From Blastocatellia bacterium (GTDB taxonomy: Bacteria > Acidobacteriota > Blastocatellia > UBA7656): 64,000 bases of DNA. Below are positions 12,170-21,007 of this stretch, piece after piece. The position numbers were made by a program, and so were the translations under genes. Location of the stretch: the NCBI GenBank assembly GCA_963765495.1, contig CAVXWP010000016.1, positions 128,001 through 192,000 on the forward strand, read 5' to 3'. Numbering within the stretch: position 1 is the stretch's first letter; each line of letters begins with the position of its first letter. Below the pieces are notes generated by a model. It ran no database searches. It was not told where the DNA came from and worked only from the letters and a program-made list of their open reading frames with translations.

Positions 12170-12892
12170 TCAGATGATAACGCCCGCCTCTTCTTCATCC
12201 TGTATGCGGAGCAGGTCGAGCAGCAATCCCATGTTGCTTGTGGCCTGCACCTGGCGTTCGTATTCGACTTCGACTCTCTTAAACTCGAAGGTGCCTTCGG
12301 TGGCGCCCAGAAATCTGGTGATCGCTTCTACGCCCGTATCCGTGGCTGAACGGCCTCCTGCGATCAATCCCTCATTGAAATGTATCTCGCCCTTTGTGGC
12401 GGGAGATGTTATCACGAGCGCCCCGGTCAACCGGCTGTTTTCGATGATCTGAATCACATCGAACAGACTGACGAGCGCAAAATTCCCCGTCAAAATGATT
12501 TCAGATGTGGAAGGCAAGAGGGCCGCTTCCTGCAAATTATTGCTCGCTTCGATCACTTCTTCGGCAGAAGGCAGTGGCTTGCCATCGACAAAATTCTCGA
12601 TCACTTTTCGATGGTAGGGCTTTAAATCGAGAAAATGTATCCCCATGCCGACCTGCGGCATACCATAACGCACTTCGCCCGTCACTACGATAGGCACATC
12701 TCGAACCGCGAATTTCATTGTCAGCTTCGTGCCGACTTTATAACTGGTCATCGAATCAATGAAGACTCCGGTCGCACTCAGATCGTTTATCCGAGTGTTG
12801 AGACGAGAGACGTTGTCGCCTTCGCACTGCACCTCGCATACATAGCTGATTCGCTTTGCTTCCCGTCTCTCTTTACCGCGCCTTATCATCAT
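12170..12892 (-). CDS. PilZ + DUF4388 domain protein (putative c-di-GMP receptor)
   Basis: RxxxR (REAKR) and DxSxxG (DLSATG) PilZ motifs; C-terminal LTGNFALVSLFDVIQII..SRLTGAL..GEIHF..G DUF4388 pattern. Confidence 0.8.
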   Translation of the reverse strand: MMIRRGKERREAKRISYVCEVQCEGDNVSRLNTRINDLSATGVFIDSMTSYKVGTKLTMKFAVRDVPIVVTGEVRYGMPQVGMGIHFLDLKPYHRKVIENFVDGKPLPSAEEVIEASNNLQEAALLPSTSEIILTGNFALVSLFDVIQIIENSRLTGALVITSPATKGEIHFNEGLIAGGRSATDTGVEAITRFLGATEGTFEFKRVEVEYERQVQATSNMGLLLDLLRIQDEEEAGVII

Positions 12893-13452
12893 TCATCATC
12901 CTCGACGCTTGCCCTGAGCGAGCGGAGCTTGCGCATGATCAAATCGTAGTCGAAGCCGCGCCGCGCCAGATGGTCGAACATACGCTTTTCGCCGTTGCGG
13001 TCCGTGGGACGGCCGTGTGTGCGAATGCGCTTCTCTATGGCTCGTTCAATCAATGTCTCTTCTTCCACCTCGTCAAAGACTATATCGAGCGCCTCATCTA
13101 TCCTCTCGCGAGGAACCTTCTTTCCGGCCAACTCGCGAGCCAGCCGCGATCTCCCCACAGGCTTTGTGCTGACGCGATAGCTGGCGTAATTCCGGGCATA
13201 CTGGCTGTCGTTTATGAGCCCCTGCTCTTTCAATCGGGCCATGCACTGATCAACAAGATCAGGATCGGCCCAGGGCTTTGCCAGCAATCGCTCTCGCAAT
13301 AGACGCTCGCTAAACGGACGCGAGGCCAGCATCTTTAAGGCCGCCCCCATGGTGCGCTTCCCCGCACGCTCCCTGCTCGCTTCTCCCCCTGCTTGCGTCT
13401 CTCCTCGCTCGCTCGCAGCAGACCCCTCTGCTCGCGCGCGAGCGCGGCTCAT
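12889..13452 (-). CDS. recX: Regulatory protein RecX
   Basis: ALKMLASRPFSERLLRERL, GLINDSQYA, GRSRLAREL, LARRGFDYD. ATGA overlaps with both pilT and the PilZ gene. Confidence 0.85.
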   Translation of the reverse strand: MSRARARAEGSAASERGETQAGGEASRERAGKRTMGAALKMLASRPFSERLLRERLLAKPWADPDLVDQCMARLKEQGLINDSQYARNYASYRVSTKPVGRSRLARELAGKKVPRERIDEALDIVFDEVEEETLIERAIEKRIRTHGRPTDRNGEKRMFDHLARRGFDYDLIMRKLRSLRASVEDDE

Positions 13453-14660
13453 CTGGTCACTTGCTCTGTTCCTTCGAGTAGCCAATTTACAAACTGTTTC
13501 GTTTCGGGCTTGCCCGATTCCGTTGACCCGGGCCGCCTTCTATTTGAGCGCTCCATGTCCTCTCGCGCCTGCTCGGATACCGATCTGACCCCTGAAACCC
13601 GCAGCTTGAACTCGTCGGGGTTTGTAGCCCCGGCAAGCGCTTCGTCGTATGTTATCAATCCGCGAGAATACAAATCAAACAGCGACTGGTCGAAGGTCTG
13701 CATGCCGTATTGCGAAGTGCCCTGGGCTATCGCATCGCGTATGAGCGATGTCTTTTCGGCGTGGATGATACAGTCGCGTATGTATGGAGTGACGACCAGA
13801 ACCTCGACGGCCGGAACCCGCCCCTGAATAGGCTCTGCTGCCCTGACCAGTCGCATGGAGATCACCGCCTTGAGCACGCTCGCAAGCTGTAGACGGATCG
13901 CGCGCTGCTGATGAGGCGGGAATACCGAAACTATTCGGTTGATGGTCTCGGTCGCATCGAGCGTGTGCAGCGTAGAGAGCACGAGATGGCCGGTCTCGGC
14001 TGCCGTAAGCGCCGTCTCTATCGTTTCGTAATCGCGCATTTCGCCTACCAGAATCACGTCCGGGTCCTGGCGCAGGGCGCTACGCAGAGCTTCTGAAAAA
14101 CTGCGCGTGTCTACGTCCACTTCGCGCTGATTCACATAAGATTTCTTGTCGCGGTGAAGAAACTCTATAGGGTCTTCGATGGTGACGATATGACCCGTGC
14201 GTATGCGATTTATATAATCAATCATCGCGGCGAGCGTCGTTGACTTGCCCGATCCCGTAGTTCCCGTGACCAGTATCAGGCCCCGGGTTTCATCGGCAAT
14301 CTTATCGATGACCCCCGGCAAGCGAAGCTCTTCTATCGTGCGCACAGTCGTCGGGATGACCCTCAAGACCATGCCGACCGTCCCGCGCTGCTGAAATATG
14401 TTGCAACGAAACCGCCCCAATCCCGACACCCCGTACGCGATATCGATCTCGGAATTTTCGGTAAAGCGTTGCTTTTGCCGGTTGTTCATTATCGAGAATG
14501 CCATATTGAGCGTGTCTTCGCCCGCAAGTCTCTGCGCCTCTACCATAGGCTGCAACTCGCCGTTTACGCGAACGAAGGGAAAACTTCCGGCTTTTATATG
14601 CAGGTCGGATGCGCCTTTGCTGCATGCTATTGTCAGCAATTGGTCAATGCTCGGTGCCAT
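13449..14660 (-). CDS. pilT: Type IV pilus retraction ATPase PilT/PilU
   Basis: ASDLHI, GTTGSGKSTTLA, TIEDPIE, ALRQDPDVILVGEMRD, AETGHLVLSTLHT, GMQTFDQSL. Confidence 0.92.
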   Translation of the reverse strand: MAPSIDQLLTIACSKGASDLHIKAGSFPFVRVNGELQPMVEAQRLAGEDTLNMAFSIMNNRQKQRFTENSEIDIAYGVSGLGRFRCNIFQQRGTVGMVLRVIPTTVRTIEELRLPGVIDKIADETRGLILVTGTTGSGKSTTLAAMIDYINRIRTGHIVTIEDPIEFLHRDKKSYVNQREVDVDTRSFSEALRSALRQDPDVILVGEMRDYETIETALTAAETGHLVLSTLHTLDATETINRIVSVFPPHQQRAIRLQLASVLKAVISMRLVRAAEPIQGRVPAVEVLVVTPYIRDCIIHAEKTSLIRDAIAQGTSQYGMQTFDQSLFDLYSRGLITYDEALAGATNPDEFKLRVSGVRSVSEQAREDMERSNRRRPGSTESGKPETKQFVNWLLEGTEQVTR

Positions 14661-14858
14661 TAGCGCTTGCCTCGTTAGAACTAGTCCAGCGATTCATTGA
14701 AGTTGTGTGGGGACCAATCAAGCAGCATCAGCTTCTGATGATTGCCGGGGTAGAAATTAAAGAGGGGGCCTCACGAGGGTCTGTCGAGCTTCTAACTGCA
14801 AAACCCTCAGCGGCTGTATTATAAACATAACTCTAAATGGGGGCAACAGTAATAAAAT

Positions 14859-15023
14859 GGGGGTCAGGGGCCGGGGGCCGGGGGCCGGTGTTGTTGAATG
14901 TTGCATTGAATCGGTTAAATCGCAGTTTCCGCGCCCGGATTCATCTAAGGCCATTATGTTTCGTTATAACCAGCGTCTTCTCAAATTCATAACCGACCCC
15001 CGACCCCCGACCCCCGGCCCCTA
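14859..15023. repeat. Inverted (GGGGCCG/GGGGTCG)n array with ~100-bp spacer (family B, copy 1); includes the TAG stop of the HD gene
   Basis: gggggtcaggggccgggggccgggggccgg ... ccgacccccgacccccgacccccggcccccta. Confidence 0.85.
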
Positions 15024-17108
15024 TTTTTTGGCGCGGTCGGCGATGATTATGTAGTTATGCAATCCGCCCGTCACTTCGGTCAAATCCTTTGAGTAAGTCG
15101 CGCGCACGGGCCGGTGCTCTTTTATAAGCTCGCTGATGTCGCGAGCCGAGGCCAACCCGACTTCCTGGTATTCGATTGCCCACGTGGGAAGGTGCGCGGC
15201 CGAGCGTAACAATCGATCAATCATCGCCAGGTATGATTGTTTGGATTGGGGAACGCTCGAAAGCTTTGCCAGATCGTCAGCGCAAGGCTCATCCGCGCCA
15301 CGCACCCAGCAATCGCGCCAGTCTGATCTCGTCCCCGAACCGGCTCGCTCGGCGTGCGCGGACGGCAGATTGAGATAGAGCAGGTCGGCCCGCGTGCGGC
15401 TGACAAACTCTTCGACCGGCACGTTATAGCCACGATTGTGAGGATGGCCCGGCGGGCCGCTCAAAACGCGACCGGCCAGCCGCCAGAATATCGTCGTAAG
15501 CGGGCGTTTCAATTCCCGCGTCTCTTCATTGAACGACATCGCGTAATCGCCCGTCTGAAGTCCAAGCACAAGCGCCTGCGCCCGCAATGTCTCGTCTTCA
15601 ATCCTCTCGATTGAGCGGCGGAGATTATCGAGCCACCACGCATCAATTTCGCCAAACCAGCGCCTCAGACCGGGATTGCTCAAATTGACGCCGGGCACGT
15701 AAACATCTTCGAGCAGACGTGTGATCTGCTGTTCGTCGAGCCAGCTTTTCGATTCGAGCATCGCTCGCGTAGCCGCAGCCGCCCAGGGGCGCGGATCGTT
15801 CGACAATATGAGCTTGCCCCAGCCTTTCAAATACCAGTCGAGCTTCGCCCATCCGCTAAAGGCTATGGCAATCGAGCGGAACTCGATCTGACGCAGGACG
15901 CTGGCTTCAAACCCGAGCAGAGCCTTCTTGTTGTAGCGGCTCCTCGTCCATCCCTTCCACCTGTCAGACTCATCTCCGGCAAGCTCTTTCGCACCTCGGC
16001 GGGCAAGCAATAGCTCAACGGGAGGCAGTTTTTCCGGGCGTGGACCGGCAGAGACTATGCGAGGGCTGGCCGCACTTTCTTCTATGCTTTCTTCCGCGCT
16101 TTCTTCCGTCACGGGCGCTTGTTCCCCGTTGGGCGCTGCTTCCGCTGCGGGCGCTTCCTCTACGACAGGCGACTGCTCCCGGGCGGGCGGGACCTCTGTT
16201 CCCACCTCTTCATATGCAACCTCGGCGGGCTGATCGCCCGAGGGCGTTTCCCCCTGTTTAGCGGTCGGTTGCTCCTGCTGAAAAGCGGGGATCTCCATTC
16301 CGGTAAGGGTCTTGGCGTATTGCGGGCGAAAGCCTTCTTCCTCGTTTGCGGCAGTTTCAGACGATCCTTCGGCAGGAGGCGCAGGCCCGGCATCAGGGTC
16401 GGGTCCAGGTTCGGTTTCAAGTTCGGTTCTAAATTCGGCGGCAGGTTCAACCTTTGCTTCCGGGGCAGCCTGTTCAGGCTGTTCCGGCGTAAATGATAGA
16501 GGTTCCGCCGGTTCGTCTTTTTTCGCCTGCTCTCGCAAATCGTCAAGCAAAGCTACCAGCGCTTGAACGACATAGGGATCGCATTCGATGCCTGCCGACG
16601 ATAGAAGCGTTTCTTTGGCTTCGTCGTCTGTGAGCGCGGCGCGGTATGTTCTATCGGATATGAGCGCGCTGTAAAGCTCGACTGCGCGCAATATTCGCGC
16701 GCCTATGGGGATGTCTTCGAAGGCCAGCATATCGGGATATCCCGATCCGTTCCACCATTCATGATGCCATCTTACAAGCAATTGGGCCTGTCGCGAGGCT
16801 TCTCTTTTGGCCATCTGCTGTTCGCCTATGATGGGATGTCGCCACAGGTCTATGCGTTCTTCAAAGGTGAGAGGGCCGGGCGAAGCGAGATATGGAGGCG
16901 TCATCGCGTACAGCCCTATGTCGACCAGCAGCGCAGCTTCGGCCACGGCGTGAACATCAGGCTCAGTAAGCCCGAATCTCCGGGCCAGGTGCGCAGCCAG
17001 TTCGGCCATCACACGCGAATGCGGGCGGGTGTATCTTTTGTAGCTGTCGATTCGTTCGGCGAGCCTGCTGATTATCTCTTCCCGAGTCTTACCCTTGGCC
17101 GTCTCCAC
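15021..17108 (-). CDS. Degenerate HD-GYP domain + acidic Pro/Glu linker + degenerate N6-adenine DNA methyltransferase-like domain
   Basis: HSRVMA, LLVDIG (HD replaced by VD), HHEWWNGSGYPD, IPIGARI. C-terminal part has SIAIAFSG..LKGWGKLILSND (motif I-like) and DLLYLNLPS (DPPY position). Confidence 0.7.
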   Translation of the reverse strand: METAKGKTREEIISRLAERIDSYKRYTRPHSRVMAELAAHLARRFGLTEPDVHAVAEAALLVDIGLYAMTPPYLASPGPLTFEERIDLWRHPIIGEQQMAKREASRQAQLLVRWHHEWWNGSGYPDMLAFEDIPIGARILRAVELYSALISDRTYRAALTDDEAKETLLSSAGIECDPYVVQALVALLDDLREQAKKDEPAEPLSFTPEQPEQAAPEAKVEPAAEFRTELETEPGPDPDAGPAPPAEGSSETAANEEEGFRPQYAKTLTGMEIPAFQQEQPTAKQGETPSGDQPAEVAYEEVGTEVPPAREQSPVVEEAPAAEAAPNGEQAPVTEESAEESIEESAASPRIVSAGPRPEKLPPVELLLARRGAKELAGDESDRWKGWTRSRYNKKALLGFEASVLRQIEFRSIAIAFSGWAKLDWYLKGWGKLILSNDPRPWAAAATRAMLESKSWLDEQQITRLLEDVYVPGVNLSNPGLRRWFGEIDAWWLDNLRRSIERIEDETLRAQALVLGLQTGDYAMSFNEETRELKRPLTTIFWRLAGRVLSGPPGHPHNRGYNVPVEEFVSRTRADLLYLNLPSAHAERAGSGTRSDWRDCWVRGADEPCADDLAKLSSVPQSKQSYLAMIDRLLRSAAHLPTWAIEYQEVGLASARDISELIKEHRPVRATYSKDLTEVTGGLHNYIIIADRAKK

Positions 17109-17130
17109 TCTGCCTCCTGATTGACCGTCA

Positions 17131-17166
17131 AGGCTGTAACTTACAGCCTAAGCCTGCGACAGTCAA
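17131..17166 (-). promoter_or_regulatory. sigma70-like promoter of the HD fusion gene overlapped by a perfect 9-bp palindrome
   Basis: Minus strand TTGACT (17166-17161)-17 nt-TAAGTT (17143-17138). Palindrome AGGCTGTAA-C-TTACAGCCT at 17131-17149. Confidence 0.55.
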
Positions 17167-17200
17167 GGCAGAGCATTCCAGATAACGATTATGAATCGAA

Positions 17201-17392
17201 TCACGCGGCCATCTCTACCGAGGCGCTAACGGGTCGCGCACGGAGATTGAAACAGGAGTTGCACCAGCCGTAAAGGATTCCGTCAATAAGGTGATACGCT
17301 ACCGTATCCTCTGCTGAAACCGTCCGATGGCATTGTTTACATTCCCACGAATCGTTTTGAGTAGTCGCTGCTTGTTCGAGCACTGTTGCCAT
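17201..17392 (-). CDS. Small Cys-rich (CxxC...CxxC) putative zinc-binding protein
   Basis: 63 aa with CKQC and CNSC, AAAGGGA upstream of the ATG, no signal peptide. Confidence 0.6.
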   Translation of the reverse strand: MATVLEQAATTQNDSWECKQCHRTVSAEDTVAYHLIDGILYGWCNSCFNLRARPVSASVEMAA

Positions 17393-17547
17393 TTCCCTTT
17401 GCAGAGCCCTTCTGGCCCTGCCTCTCCCTTCAAGTAATTTACCGGCTATTTTATTAGAACGACCGGGACATCATTTGATACGTACTTTCAAACGCCACTC
17501 TTTTTACATGGTTCCACATAATGATCAACGGCACAATGCTTATCTTT

Positions 17548-17734
17548 GGGGGCCGGGGGCCAGGGGTCAGGGGCCGGGGGTCAGCAGGGGCTAATCTTGA
17601 AGCCTGGCTAAATCATATTCGCGTAGATTCGCCGCATCCGTGGCCTATTGCCGTTTACCCATCCACGTGCTTCGGTTTAATCAAAATTTTTCTGAACTCA
17701 CCCCCGGCCCCTGGCCCCCGGCCCCCGGCCCCTA
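17548..17734. repeat. Inverted (GGGGCCG)n array (family B, copy 2); includes the TAG stop of the helicase gene
   Basis: gggggccgggggccaggggtcaggggccgggggtcag ... cccccggcccctggcccccggcccccggcccta. Confidence 0.85.
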
Positions 17735-19780
17735 ATTGATAAGCCGGGGGTTGTCTTCGGATTCGAGTTCGAGTGTTTCTTCTTCGACCGACCATACCTC
17801 AAGCAGTTCGCGGGGAATTTCGGTGATAAAACGCGAGGGCTTTTGAATGACGGTCTGACGCGACCAGTCGGTTACTACCAGCGGATAGCAGAGATAAAGC
17901 TCGTCTTTCGCTCGCGTGACGGCGACATAAAACAGGCGGCGCTCCTCTTCTTCGCTTTCCGGGTCTTTCAGGCTGCGAGCGGATGGGAACTTACCGTCTG
18001 CTGCCCAGATCAAAAACACGACCCGCCATTCGAGACCCTTGCCCTGATGTATAGAACTTAAAACCAGCTTTTCGTCTTCGTCGCCACCCATCACTACGTC
18101 TTCGGCAGTAGTCCCCTCGGGTGCGCCGAATCGCTCGGTGTTGACAAGCGCAAGCTCCGAAAGAAACTCTTCCGTAGATTCATACCGCGCGGCGTAATTG
18201 GCAAGCTGGCGCAAATCTTCCATCCGAAGGTCGGCATTCTCATAGCTGTTTTCAAGATGTTCCTGGTATCCGCTTGTAAGTATCAACTCGATCTGCGCCC
18301 CCGGACGGTCGAGGTACTCGGGGCTGACGAGAAGCTCCACGAGTCGAACAAAATCGCGCCACCCGATTGCAGCGCGCGGCTGCGCGTCGAAATCCGAGCG
18401 ACGAATGAGCGCAAGCGGCTCATCGACGTAGGCGATCCGTTCCCAGATTCGATTCGCCGTGGCGTTGCCGATCTTCGGTATGAGCTTTAAGACCCGCTTC
18501 CAGGCAAGCTCGTCGTGCGGGTTGACGATCAATCGTAAATAACAGATCACATCTTTTATGTGCGCCTGCTCAAAAAAACGCATCCCGGAACGAACTACAT
18601 AAGGAATATCGCGCCTGACAAGTTCGAGTTGAAGTTCGAGCGCGTGCCAGTGACTGCGATAGAGCACGGCGATTTCAGACAACTCAACGCCCTCTTCGCG
18701 CAATTCCAGTATGCGACCCGCGACAAAGGCGGCCTGCTGGTCCGTATCCTGTAGCGGAATCATCGCGGGCGTATTGCCCGCAGATTGCCGCGCGGCATGC
18801 AGGTTTTTTGGGAATTGTTTTCTGTTGTTTCTGATCGAAGCGTTTGCCAGAAAGACTATTTCAGGCCGCGAGCGATAGTTGGTCTCAAGATGATATTCCA
18901 AAGCATCGGGGTAGCGCTCTTTGAAGGTGTAGATGTTTGCGAAGTGCGCGCCTCGCCAGCCAAAGATCGATTGCGCATCATCGCCCACGACCATGATGTT
19001 GCGATGGCGGACGGCGAGCAGGTCAACGATCTCCGCCTGAATCTTGTTTGTGTCCTGATATTCATCTACGAGAATCTGCTCGAACTGCCCGGCCCAGTAC
19101 TCTCCGATCTCAGGCTTTTCGACAAGCAATCGCTTCCAGTTGATAAGCAGATCGTCGTAGTCCATCGAGTTGCGCTCAAGCTTCCGCGCCTGATAGATGC
19201 GGTCTACGCGCTCGATCTGCGTAGAGAGCAGCTCGAAGTGCGGATAATTCTGGATCAGGCAATCGCGGATCATCATATCGCGGTTGTTTGCAAAGCTGAT
19301 TATATCGCCGATGACTTCGGCTTTCGGGAAACGGCGCGCCTTCTGGTCTATGCCTGCTTCCTGAATCGAAGCCTCGATCATGTCGCGAGCGTCTTCGGAA
19401 TCGAGTATGGTGAAACTCTGTTGATAGCCAAGGGATTCAGCGTGACGGCGCAATATGCGATTTGCGATTGAGTGAAACGTGCCGCCCCAGATTCTTCGCA
19501 CGTCTGCCTGCACGAGCCCTTCGACCCTGTGCAGCATCTCGCGCGCGGCCTTGTTTGTGAAAGTCACAAGCAGGATATGAGCCGGGGCGATGCCGCTTTC
19601 GATCAACCGCGCCACCCTGTAAGTGACCGTGCGCGTTTTGCCCGATCCCGCGCCCGCTATCACAAGCATTGGCCCCGCGCCCGCCGTCACAACCCGGTAT
19701 TGCTCCTCGTTGAGATCGGCCTTGTAGTTGACCAGAAACTTGCGCGGCACATCGCGTTTTATTACATACCGCTTAGACAT
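17732..19780 (-). CDS. UvrD/PcrA/Rep-family SF1 ATP-dependent DNA helicase
   Basis: AGAGSGKT, TFTNKAA, VDEYQD, VGDDAQSI, NYRS, SIHQGKGLEW, EERRLFYVAVTRA. Confidence 0.93.
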   Translation of the reverse strand: MSKRYVIKRDVPRKFLVNYKADLNEEQYRVVTAGAGPMLVIAGAGSGKTRTVTYRVARLIESGIAPAHILLVTFTNKAAREMLHRVEGLVQADVRRIWGGTFHSIANRILRRHAESLGYQQSFTILDSEDARDMIEASIQEAGIDQKARRFPKAEVIGDIISFANNRDMMIRDCLIQNYPHFELLSTQIERVDRIYQARKLERNSMDYDDLLINWKRLLVEKPEIGEYWAGQFEQILVDEYQDTNKIQAEIVDLLAVRHRNIMVVGDDAQSIFGWRGAHFANIYTFKERYPDALEYHLETNYRSRPEIVFLANASIRNNRKQFPKNLHAARQSAGNTPAMIPLQDTDQQAAFVAGRILELREEGVELSEIAVLYRSHWHALELQLELVRRDIPYVVRSGMRFFEQAHIKDVICYLRLIVNPHDELAWKRVLKLIPKIGNATANRIWERIAYVDEPLALIRRSDFDAQPRAAIGWRDFVRLVELLVSPEYLDRPGAQIELILTSGYQEHLENSYENADLRMEDLRQLANYAARYESTEEFLSELALVNTERFGAPEGTTAEDVVMGGDEDEKLVLSSIHQGKGLEWRVVFLIWAADGKFPSARSLKDPESEEEERRLFYVAVTRAKDELYLCYPLVVTDWSRQTVIQKPSRFITEIPRELLEVWSVEEETLELESEDNPRLIN

Positions 19781-20025
19781 AAAAAGTCTCTATATTCGAT
19801 TATAAACCACTACGGCTTAGTGATGGACCGAATATAGAGATTTGCCGCCGTTCGGTCAATCAAAGTGAGCCGCGCCCGCCTGCTCGCGTCCCGTGAAAAA
19901 CAAATGTAATAGTTTTGTATTATCAGCCTTTTTGAAGGGCTGAATTATTGTCTTTTAACATCTTACCGTTTAGGCTGGTACAGGGACGAATTAACTTTTG
20001 CCTGGCCCTCAACTAAGGAGAATCA

Positions 20026-20907
20026 ATGCTTGAAATAAAGACGCTACCACCAACCCTGCTCAACAAAGACGCAGACGCGGCGACCGATTATGTCGAGAAC
20101 AAAGACAAAATCTCGCCCAAGATCATACCTTTTATCTTCATGCATCTTGCCTGTATCGCGGTCATATTCGTCGGAGTCAGTCTTCCGGCAGTTCTGCTTT
20201 GCCTCGGGCTTTATGCGCTAAGGATGTTCGGACTGACCGCCGGATTTCACAGATATTTTTCCCATCGGACTTATAAGACGAGTCGGGTTTTTCAGTTTAT
20301 CATCGCTTTTATAGGCACACTGGCCGTGCAGAAGGGGCCGCTTTGGTGGGCGGCGCATCACCGTCGTCATCATAAGTACACCGATCAGGAAGGCGACGTT
20401 CATTCGCCCGTCCAGGACGGTTTCTGGTGGTCTCATGTCGGGTGGATTATCAGCACAAAATACGACCCCACGGACTGGAGCGCGATCAAAGATTTCGCTC
20501 AGTACCCGGAGCTTCGCCTGCTGAACAAATACAGCACGACTCCGGGCATAGCCCTTGCCGTGTTGTGTTTCTTAATCGGCGGATGGCAATTCCTGGTTTG
20601 GGGCTTTTTCGTAAGCACAGTGCTTTTGTATCACGGCACGTTTTCGGTCAATTCGCTCGCGCACATGTGGGGCAGCCGCCGCTTCAAATCAAACGACGAC
20701 AGTCGAAACAACTTCTGGATAGCGCTGTGGACCGGCGGCGAAGGCTGGCACAACAATCATCATCACTACATGTCATCGGTCAATCAGGGCTTTTACTGGT
20801 GGGAAGTTGATTTCACTTACTACACCCTGAAGGTGCTGTCGTGGTTCGGGATAGTCTGGGACATGCGCCGCCCGCCCGAACGCATTCTTGCCGAAGGCAA
20901 ACGCTAG
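20026..20907 (+). CDS. Delta-9-type acyl-CoA/fatty-acid desaturase
   Basis: His boxes HRYFSH, HHRRHH and GEGWHNNHHH; AAGGAG RBS. Confidence 0.92.
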   Translation: MLEIKTLPPTLLNKDADAATDYVENKDKISPKIIPFIFMHLACIAVIFVGVSLPAVLLCLGLYALRMFGLTAGFHRYFSHRTYKTSRVFQFIIAFIGTLAVQKGPLWWAAHHRRHHKYTDQEGDVHSPVQDGFWWSHVGWIISTKYDPTDWSAIKDFAQYPELRLLNKYSTTPGIALAVLCFLIGGWQFLVWGFFVSTVLLYHGTFSVNSLAHMWGSRRFKSNDDSRNNFWIALWTGGEGWHNNHHHYMSSVNQGFYWWEVDFTYYTLKVLSWFGIVWDMRRPPERILAEGKR

Positions 20908-20911
20908 ATCA

Positions 20912-21007
20912 CGTGATGCGTGATTCGCGATGCGTGAAATTTAGAGAGCCTGCCTGTTAAAGACAACTTGCAAGCCCGGTAAATCACGCATCACGCATCA
21001 CGCATCA
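20912..21007. repeat. Family A inverted (GTGATGC)n array with conserved core (copy 2); supplies the last codons and stop of the ROK gene
   Basis: cgtgatgcgtgattcgcgatgcgtga-aatttagagagcctgcctgttaaagacaacttgcaagcccggta-aatcacgcatcacgcatcacgcatca. Confidence 0.88.

Noticed and set aside
12066-12452. ORFs reading through heptamer arrays (NHESLITNH, GVRGRGPG, NSKLKTQNSK, DFRFWILDFR peptides)
   Set aside because: These are translations of the repeat elements, not credible proteins. The N-terminal extensions of the 42955 and 925-2445 ORFs were trimmed for the same reason.
17327-17345. CKQCH in the 63-aa protein as a c-type heme site
   Set aside because: There is no export signal, and a second CxxC makes a zinc ribbon more likely.
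15021-19780. MTase-like gene plus UvrD helicase as a restriction/anti-phage defence system
   Set aside because: The MTase catalytic motif is degenerate, there is no nuclease, and the helicase looks like a housekeeping PcrA/UvrD paralog separated by an unrelated small gene.
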